Shown here in pieces: positions 37,814 through 42,970 of a stretch of DNA of 42,970 bases. The notes beneath the pieces were generated by a model. The model saw nothing but the letters and a program-made list of their open reading frames with translations. It had not been told where the DNA came from and searched no databases. Source of the DNA: Saprospiraceae bacterium (GTDB taxonomy: Bacteria > Bacteroidota > Bacteroidia > Chitinophagales > Saprospiraceae); NCBI GenBank assembly GCA_033720735.1, contig JAWWBX010000004.1:1-42970 (forward strand). The letters are read 5' to 3'. The position numbers were made by a program, and so were the translations under genes. How positions within the stretch are numbered: position 1 is the first letter of the stretch; each line of letters opens with the position of its first letter.

Positions 37814-37905
37814 GCCGGTTTGTCGAAAAAAAAAGGGCGTTGCCTGTACCTCAGGTACTTTCGCCCCCGTCAATTTGACATTCCATACGCACAACTAACT
37901 ACATC

Positions 37906-40338
37906 ATGAAACGACTTTGGACTCTCTTGACATGCCTCGGTCTTTTTGCCTCGATCCAGGCCCAGAATGGCGCCAAGATCACCGGGCAAATCCTGGCCGA
38001 AGACGGCACTCCAACTTCTTTTGCAACGGTGATGCTGCAAAGTGCAGCTGACAGTACCATGGTCAAAGCCAGCGGTTCGGATGATCAGGGCAAATATGTC
38101 TTTGTCGGTGTTCCGGACGGTGACTACTTCGTACAGGTCACCTACGTCGGGTACGCTGACGGAATCTCGGATATCTTCACGTATCAGGGATCCGGGATAT
38201 ATCAGGTCCCGAATATCATCATGCGTGAGGCGAGTGAGCAACTCGACGAGGTGGTGGTGACCAGCAGCCGGCCCCTGGTCGAAGTGCACCCCGACAAAAC
38301 CGTATTTAATGTCGATGGGAGCATCAATGCCACCGGCAACACAGCCCTCGAGCTGCTGCGCAAATCCCCCGGCGTAGTCGTTGACAACAACGACAACATT
38401 ATTCTCGCAGGGAAAAATGGTGTGCAGATCTATATCGACGGCAAACGGTCGCCTCTGAGTGCCGACGACCTCGCCAACTACCTGAAGACCATGCAATCTT
38501 CAGAGATCGACAACATCGAGATCATCACCAATCCGTCGGCCAAGTACGACGCCGAAGGCAACGCGGGGATCATCAACATCCGCCTCAAGAAAGACAAGAG
38601 CCTGGGGACCAACGGGTCCGTGAATCTCGGTTACCGGTATGGCGAAACAGCCAAGTACAATGCCTCCACCAACCTGAACTACCGCAACAAGAAGGTCAAC
38701 GTATTTGGCAACTACGGGTTCTTTGACGGCGGCAATGACAATGGCTTTAAGCTGTACCGTGAACAAGGCGGTCGCGCTTTCGATCAGCGCAATTTTATGA
38801 CGAACGAGAACACATCGCACAACTTCAAGCTCGGGACGGATATCTCACTGGATCAAAGGAGCACACTCGGGTTTCTGGTATCCGGCAATATCAATGACAA
38901 CCAGAACGATGGCACCAGTGTGACGGATATTTTCAGTCTGCCCGATATGACCCCTGAGGAAATCCTTGATGCGTCCTCGATCCGCGACGGCGAGCGCAAC
39001 AACCTCAATGCCAACATCAACTACATGTTCAGGTCTGACAATGGCAATACGTGGAATGTTGACCTCGACTACGGGCGGTTCCGCAACGACGGATCGACCT
39101 ACCAGCCGAATACCTACTTCAATGCTGACCGGTCGGAAGTGCTTTCATCACTGATCTTCTCGATCCAGACGCCGACGGATATCAATATCTACACCGCCAA
39201 GTTTGATCGCGAAGCGACCATGCTCGGTGGCAAGGTGGGATTCGGTGCCAAAGTATCGTTTGTGGAAACGGACAATACCTTCAATTTCTTCGACATCGTT
39301 GATGATCAGCGGATCCTCAACACCGACCGGAGCAACAACTTCGTATTCGAAGAAAATATCAACGCGGCCTATGCCTCATACCAACGCCAGCTGGGTGAAA
39401 AGTGGAACATGATGCTGGGATTGCGTGTCGAAAACACGCATTCGACCGGTACGCTCACGGCGTTTGATCCTGCTAACAACAATGTGGTGGATCGCAACTA
39501 CACAGACCTCTTCCCGAGCGGTGGCCTCACCTTCCAGATCAACGAGAAGAATAGTCTGCGTCTCAACTACAGTCGTCGGATCGATCGTCCGAGTTATCAG
39601 GATCTCAATCCGTTCGAATTCAAGCTTGACGAATTGACATTTCAGCAGGGCAATGCCTTTCTGAATCCGCAATACTCCAATTCGTACAGCCTGACGCACA
39701 CATTCAATTATCGCCTCAATACTTCGCTGAGCTATACCAGGACCAACGATGTATTCACACAGATCACGCAGGCGCTCGATGAAAACACGTCGGTGCTGAA
39801 GTATGTCAATCTGGCCACGCAAAAGAACCTTGCCCTGACGGTCAGCTATCCATTCAGCGTAGCAAACTGGTGGAATGTCTACGCCAATGTCACCGGCTAC
39901 CAGCTGCGCAACGAGGCAGTGATCGACGGCGATGAGATCGATCTGACAGCGAACGTCTTCAGCTTCTACGCCCAGAATACGTGGAACCTGCCCAAAGATT
40001 TCAAACTGGAGCTGTCGGGATGGTACAACTCGCCGGCACTTTGGCAGGGCAACTGGACCACCAACTCGATGTACTCGGTCGACGTGGGCGTTCAGAAGCG
40101 CCTCCTGAATGACCGCGCCAATCTGAAAGTGACGTTTACCGATGTCTTCGGTTCACAGCGCTGGAGTGGCGAGAGCACGTTTGGCGATCTGTATATCCGC
40201 GGCCGCGGATGGTGGGAAAGCCAGCAACTGCGTGTCAACTTCAGTTACAGTTTTGGCAACCAACAAGTAAAGGCTTCGCGCCGCCGGGCGACCGGGCTGG
40301 AAGACGAGCAAAGCCGGATCAAGACAGACAACGATTAA
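37906..40338 (+). CDS. SusC/TonB-dependent-receptor-like outer-membrane barrel (CarboxypepD_reg + plug + OMP_b-brl_3 type); no SusD partner in the window
   Basis: Signal peptide, N-terminal CarboxypepD_reg (KITGQILAEDGTPTSFATVMLQ...GDYFVQVTYVGY), plug region (SEIDNIEIITNPSAKYDAEGNAGIINI), and a long barrel with aromatic-rich strands. Confidence 0.8.
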   Translation: MKRLWTLLTCLGLFASIQAQNGAKITGQILAEDGTPTSFATVMLQSAADSTMVKASGSDDQGKYVFVGVPDGDYFVQVTYVGYADGISDIFTYQGSGIYQVPNIIMREASEQLDEVVVTSSRPLVEVHPDKTVFNVDGSINATGNTALELLRKSPGVVVDNNDNIILAGKNGVQIYIDGKRSPLSADDLANYLKTMQSSEIDNIEIITNPSAKYDAEGNAGIINIRLKKDKSLGTNGSVNLGYRYGETAKYNASTNLNYRNKKVNVFGNYGFFDGGNDNGFKLYREQGGRAFDQRNFMTNENTSHNFKLGTDISLDQRSTLGFLVSGNINDNQNDGTSVTDIFSLPDMTPEEILDASSIRDGERNNLNANINYMFRSDNGNTWNVDLDYGRFRNDGSTYQPNTYFNADRSEVLSSLIFSIQTPTDINIYTAKFDREATMLGGKVGFGAKVSFVETDNTFNFFDIVDDQRILNTDRSNNFVFEENINAAYASYQRQLGEKWNMMLGLRVENTHSTGTLTAFDPANNNVVDRNYTDLFPSGGLTFQINEKNSLRLNYSRRIDRPSYQDLNPFEFKLDELTFQQGNAFLNPQYSNSYSLTHTFNYRLNTSLSYTRTNDVFTQITQALDENTSVLKYVNLATQKNLALTVSYPFSVANWWNVYANVTGYQLRNEAVIDGDEIDLTANVFSFYAQNTWNLPKDFKLELSGWYNSPALWQGNWTTNSMYSVDVGVQKRLLNDRANLKVTFTDVFGSQRWSGESTFGDLYIRGRGWWESQQLRVNFSYSFGNQQVKASRRRATGLEDEQSRIKTDND

Positions 40339-40342
40339 GACG

Positions 40343-40391
40343 AGACTTGCGAAGTCTCAGACTTTCGAAGTCTTTAAGACTTCGCAAGTCT
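40343..40391. repeat. three tandem 15-bp near-palindromic units AGACTT-NNN-AAGTCT (16-bp period) immediately after the SusC-like stop codon
   Basis: taagacgAGACTTGCGAAGTCTcAGACTTTCGAAGTCTttaAGACTTCGCAAGTCTttt. Unit 1 and unit 3 are exact reverse complements of each other. Confidence 0.5.
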
Positions 40392-40399
40392 TTTCCCAC

Positions 40400-40433
40400 A
40401 AAGGCTCCCGCATCGCGGGGGCCTTTGTACTTT
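40400..40433 (+). terminator. rho-independent terminator for the SusC-like gene
   Basis: aAGGCTCCCGCatcGCGGGGGCCTttgtacttt is a 10-bp GC-rich stem (one G-A mismatch) with a 3-nt loop and a T-rich tail. Confidence 0.55.
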
Positions 40434-40439
40434 CAGGCT

Positions 40440-40901
40440 ATGAGACACTTCATGATCGCCCTCCTTCTACTACCCGTTGTCGCCTGTGCACCCGAGGCCA
40501 CAGACCTTGCAGAACAGGAAGCTGTGCAGCAGGCTATCAGGGACACATGGGATACGTTTATCACCACCTGGGAACAAAAAGATGCCGCTGCATGCGCTCA
40601 ATTCTATACCCGGGATGCTCGGCATATCCCGCCAAACAGCGATATCAACAATGGCAGGGATGCGATCGCGGCATTCTATGAAACACTTTTCCTCGACAAT
40701 GCGGGCAGCCGTTACAGCCACACCATCGAAGCCATCGACGCCGCGGGAGATCAGGCGATCGAACGAGGTCGCTTTGAGGTCGTGTGGACCGGATTGGACA
40801 GCACCACCTGGACTTTCACGGCACGCAGCCTTACCCATTGGGTACGTGAGGGGGATCAATGGCTGATCCGTCAATTCATGTTCAACCTGCCCGGAGACTA
40901 A
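40440..40901 (+). CDS. NTF2-like / SnoaL-like (DUF4440-type) lipoprotein
   Basis: The ATG at 40440 gives MRHFMIALLLLPVVAC (lipobox), followed by a ~130 aa NTF2-like cone fold (WDTFITTWEQKDAAACAQFYTRDARHIPPN...WLIRQFMFN). The track ORF starts far upstream, inside the terminator repeats. Confidence 0.5.
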   Translation: MRHFMIALLLLPVVACAPEATDLAEQEAVQQAIRDTWDTFITTWEQKDAAACAQFYTRDARHIPPNSDINNGRDAIAAFYETLFLDNAGSRYSHTIEAIDAAGDQAIERGRFEVVWTGLDSTTWTFTARSLTHWVREGDQWLIRQFMFNLPGD

Positions 40902-40907
40902 CGGTAC

Positions 40908-42970
40908 CTAGCGGTCAATCGTATTGGCGATCACATCGAGCGCCTGTCGCAATTCCTGGTAGCGGTCTATCGCATCCCGTCCGGGTGCCTGATCGGCCCG
41001 GGTCAGGATCCCGTAGAGATAACTGATCTGGTCGATGAGCATCGGTTGCTGGTACCGCCCGCGCGGGGTCACCAACTTGTCAAGCGATGCCTGAATTGAA
41101 GCTGCCGCCTCGTCGTCGGCCTGCTTCAACTGTTTCTTCAGGTCGGACTCCAATCGCCGGGCATCGGACAACAGGTCGGTCACCTGCAGGCTCAATGCTT
41201 CGAGGTCAGCCAGATCCCCGGCCGTGACCCCCTCTGCCCTCACGTCCGGATCCATCCGGATCAGCACTGACTGCTCGTGGGTCTCGTCACCAGCAGTGAG
41301 ACGGACGATGTACGTTCCGGGTGTTACCAACGGCCCGTTGCTGTACCTGCGACCGGAAGATGCATGCCAGGCGCCAGTATGCCGCATATCCCAGCGATAG
41401 CGATGCAAGCCCTGCCCATCCGCAAGAGCGGAGGCGACCGTGGGCGCCGGAATCCCGGTCGCCATATCGCGTTCGCCGGCATCTTCCGCCTCCTCAGCCA
41501 TGTCGTCAGTACTCACCAGTGTGCGCACGATGCGGCCCTGGCCATCGACGATGTCCAACCTGATCCCATCCTTCATAGGGCGGGGCAGATAGTAGTCGAT
41601 CTCTACTGCCGGACGCAGATAGCGCGGCCCGTCGCCGGTACTGCGTCCACCCCGGTAATGTGCTCGGGTCGTCTCCCGCGGCTGGTACAACACTACCTCG
41701 TCTCCTGCCGGAAGCCCCTGGTGCAGCAAGCTCACGTTGTCCATGATCCAGAACCCGCGGCCCATTGTTGACAACACCACATCCCGATTGACGACCTTGA
41801 TGTCCGTGACCGGCGTGACGGGCAGATTTTGCTGGAACGGATGCCAATTCTTGCCATCATCCAGCGATACGAACATACCGCGTTCGGTGCCGGCATACAG
41901 GAGTCCCTCGCGCTCGGGATCTTCCCTGACCACACGCGTGGGACAGTCGGCCGGCAGGCCATTAGTGCCGGGCGTCAACAAGGTCCAGCTCTGCCCGAAG
42001 TTGTCGGTCCGGTAGATGTAGGGTTTGCTGTCACCCAACTGGTAGCGCAATACGGCCACATATGCCTTGCCGGCGCGGTGTGGCGAGGGCTCGACACAAT
42101 CCACACGGCCGTTTGGGGGCAAGCCGCGTGGTGTCACACGCGCCCAGTTTGCGCCACCATCACGCGAGACATGGACAGGGCCATCGTTGGCTCCGACCCA
42201 GAGGACGCCCGCCTCTACAGGCGACTCGCGCATGGCATAAATGGTGCTGTAGAATTCCTCACCGGTAATGTCCCGGGTGATCGGGCTTCCCGAAATGACC
42301 TGCTTGTCAGGCTCAAATGCCGTCAGATCCGGGGAAATGATCTCCCAGGTGACACCGTCATCCGTGGTCTTGTGGACAAACTGTGAGCAGTGATATACGA
42401 CATCCGGGTCATGCGGAGAAACGTGGATCGGTGATACGCGCTGAAAACGGAATTTCAGATCCCGCGGGTTGTGGCCATACATGTTTGCGGCACCGACATC
42501 ATAGCGCTTCTCCTGCCCGGTGCGCTTGTTGTACACACTGAAACGCCCCTTGCAATTGGCATAGACGATGTCCGGATCGCCCGGTTTGGGCACGGCCGGG
42601 CCGGTCTCGCAGCCGCCCGTGTTCATGATCCAACCGAGGTGACCGGCTTGCATCCCATAGGGTGGTGCACTGGGCACAGCAATCGTTGTGTAATTGTCCT
42701 GTTGTCCAGCATACAACCAGTATGGATGCTGGTCATCCACTTCCACCTGGTACAGCTCGGCCGTTGGCTGATTGAACTGGGACGACCAGGTTTGTCCACC
42801 ATTGATGGAAACATTGGCCCCACCGTCATTGGCCTGGATCATCACCTGAGAATTGTTCGGATTGATCCAGATGTCATGGTTGTCGCCATGGGGGACAGGC
42901 CGGGAGCGCCAGGTCCGTCCGCCGTCTTCCGATTTCCAGAATCGGGTGCTGTTGACATAGATGATGTCCG
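40908..42970 (-). CDS. BNR/Asp-box repeat beta-propeller protein (sortilin/Vps10- or Ycf48-like), N-terminus beyond the window end
   Basis: Repeated S-x-D-G-G-x-T-W motifs (SEDGGRTW, NDGGANVSINGGQTW, TTDDGVTW, SRDGGANW, SLDDGKNW). The frame stays open through position 42970, so the GTG 'start' at 42845 in the track is an artifact. Confidence 0.7.
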   Translation of the reverse strand, partial: DIIYVNSTRFWKSEDGGRTWRSRPVPHGDNHDIWINPNNSQVMIQANDGGANVSINGGQTWSSQFNQPTAELYQVEVDDQHPYWLYAGQQDNYTTIAVPSAPPYGMQAGHLGWIMNTGGCETGPAVPKPGDPDIVYANCKGRFSVYNKRTGQEKRYDVGAANMYGHNPRDLKFRFQRVSPIHVSPHDPDVVYHCSQFVHKTTDDGVTWEIISPDLTAFEPDKQVISGSPITRDITGEEFYSTIYAMRESPVEAGVLWVGANDGPVHVSRDGGANWARVTPRGLPPNGRVDCVEPSPHRAGKAYVAVLRYQLGDSKPYIYRTDNFGQSWTLLTPGTNGLPADCPTRVVREDPEREGLLYAGTERGMFVSLDDGKNWHPFQQNLPVTPVTDIKVVNRDVVLSTMGRGFWIMDNVSLLHQGLPAGDEVVLYQPRETTRAHYRGGRSTGDGPRYLRPAVEIDYYLPRPMKDGIRLDIVDGQGRIVRTLVSTDDMAEEAEDAGERDMATGIPAPTVASALADGQGLHRYRWDMRHTGAWHASSGRRYSNGPLVTPGTYIVRLTAGDETHEQSVLIRMDPDVRAEGVTAGDLADLEALSLQVTDLLSDARRLESDLKKQLKQADDEAAASIQASLDKLVTPRGRYQQPMLIDQISYLYGILTRADQAPGRDAIDRYQELRQALDVIANTIDR

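Noticed and set aside
40209-40439. The track ORF extends the NTF2-like gene 77 codons upstream, through the terminator and palindromic repeats
   Set aside because: The upstream part translates the terminator and repeats into a Pro/Arg-rich peptide. The ATG at 40440 gives a clean lipoprotein signal peptide immediately after the terminator.
1-42970. CRISPR arrays, IS elements, integrases, toxin-antitoxin or defence-system genes
   Set aside because: No direct-repeat/spacer periodicity, no transposase or recombinase-like ORFs, and no recognisable defence domains. The window reads as core chromosome with accessory metabolic and envelope modules.
42845-42970. Apparent GTG start of the BNR-repeat gene at 42845
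   Set aside because: Reading the minus strand shows the frame stays open to the window edge and still encodes Asp-box repeats (KSEDGGRTW). The gene is truncated by the window, not started here.

Overview
This 43-kb window is a densely coding chromosomal segment of a GC-rich bacterium (visually ~60% GC), probably from the Bacteroidota/Rhodothermota (FCB) lineage. Three things point to that lineage: a type-IX-secretion (T9SS) C-terminal sorting domain on one protein, a SusC-like outer-membrane protein with an N-terminal CarboxypepD_reg domain, and a tricorn-type S41 protease. I count about 35 protein-coding genes on both strands with very short intergenic spacers. I found no rRNA, tRNA, CRISPR array, transposase or integrase. 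Housekeeping genes (partial metF, lon, parE-like topoisomerase subunit B, obg, adk, rplY, prs) are interleaved with accessory modules. (1) A YqiJ/NfeD-like membrane protein, a flotillin, and a DUF1015 protein. (2) A nucleoside/deoxyribose module: a eukaryote-type DERA, a two-domain ALDH16-family aldehyde dehydrogenase, deoD, and a uridine-phosphorylase-like gene. (3) A small membrane ORF translationally coupled to a secreted pentaheme c-type cytochrome that ends in a T9SS sorting domain. (4) An NRAMP transporter followed by pxpABC (5-oxoprolinase). (5) copA, convergent with a DUF3179-like lipoprotein and an outer-membrane barrel joined by a TGATG overlap. (6) An orphan SusC-like barrel followed by a triple palindromic repeat and a terminator. 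The ORF track evidently accepts GTG and TTG as starts, so I re-chose several starts by homology. The many long antisense ORFs are GC artifacts. Coordinates of motifs read directly from the sequence may be off by 1-2 nt.
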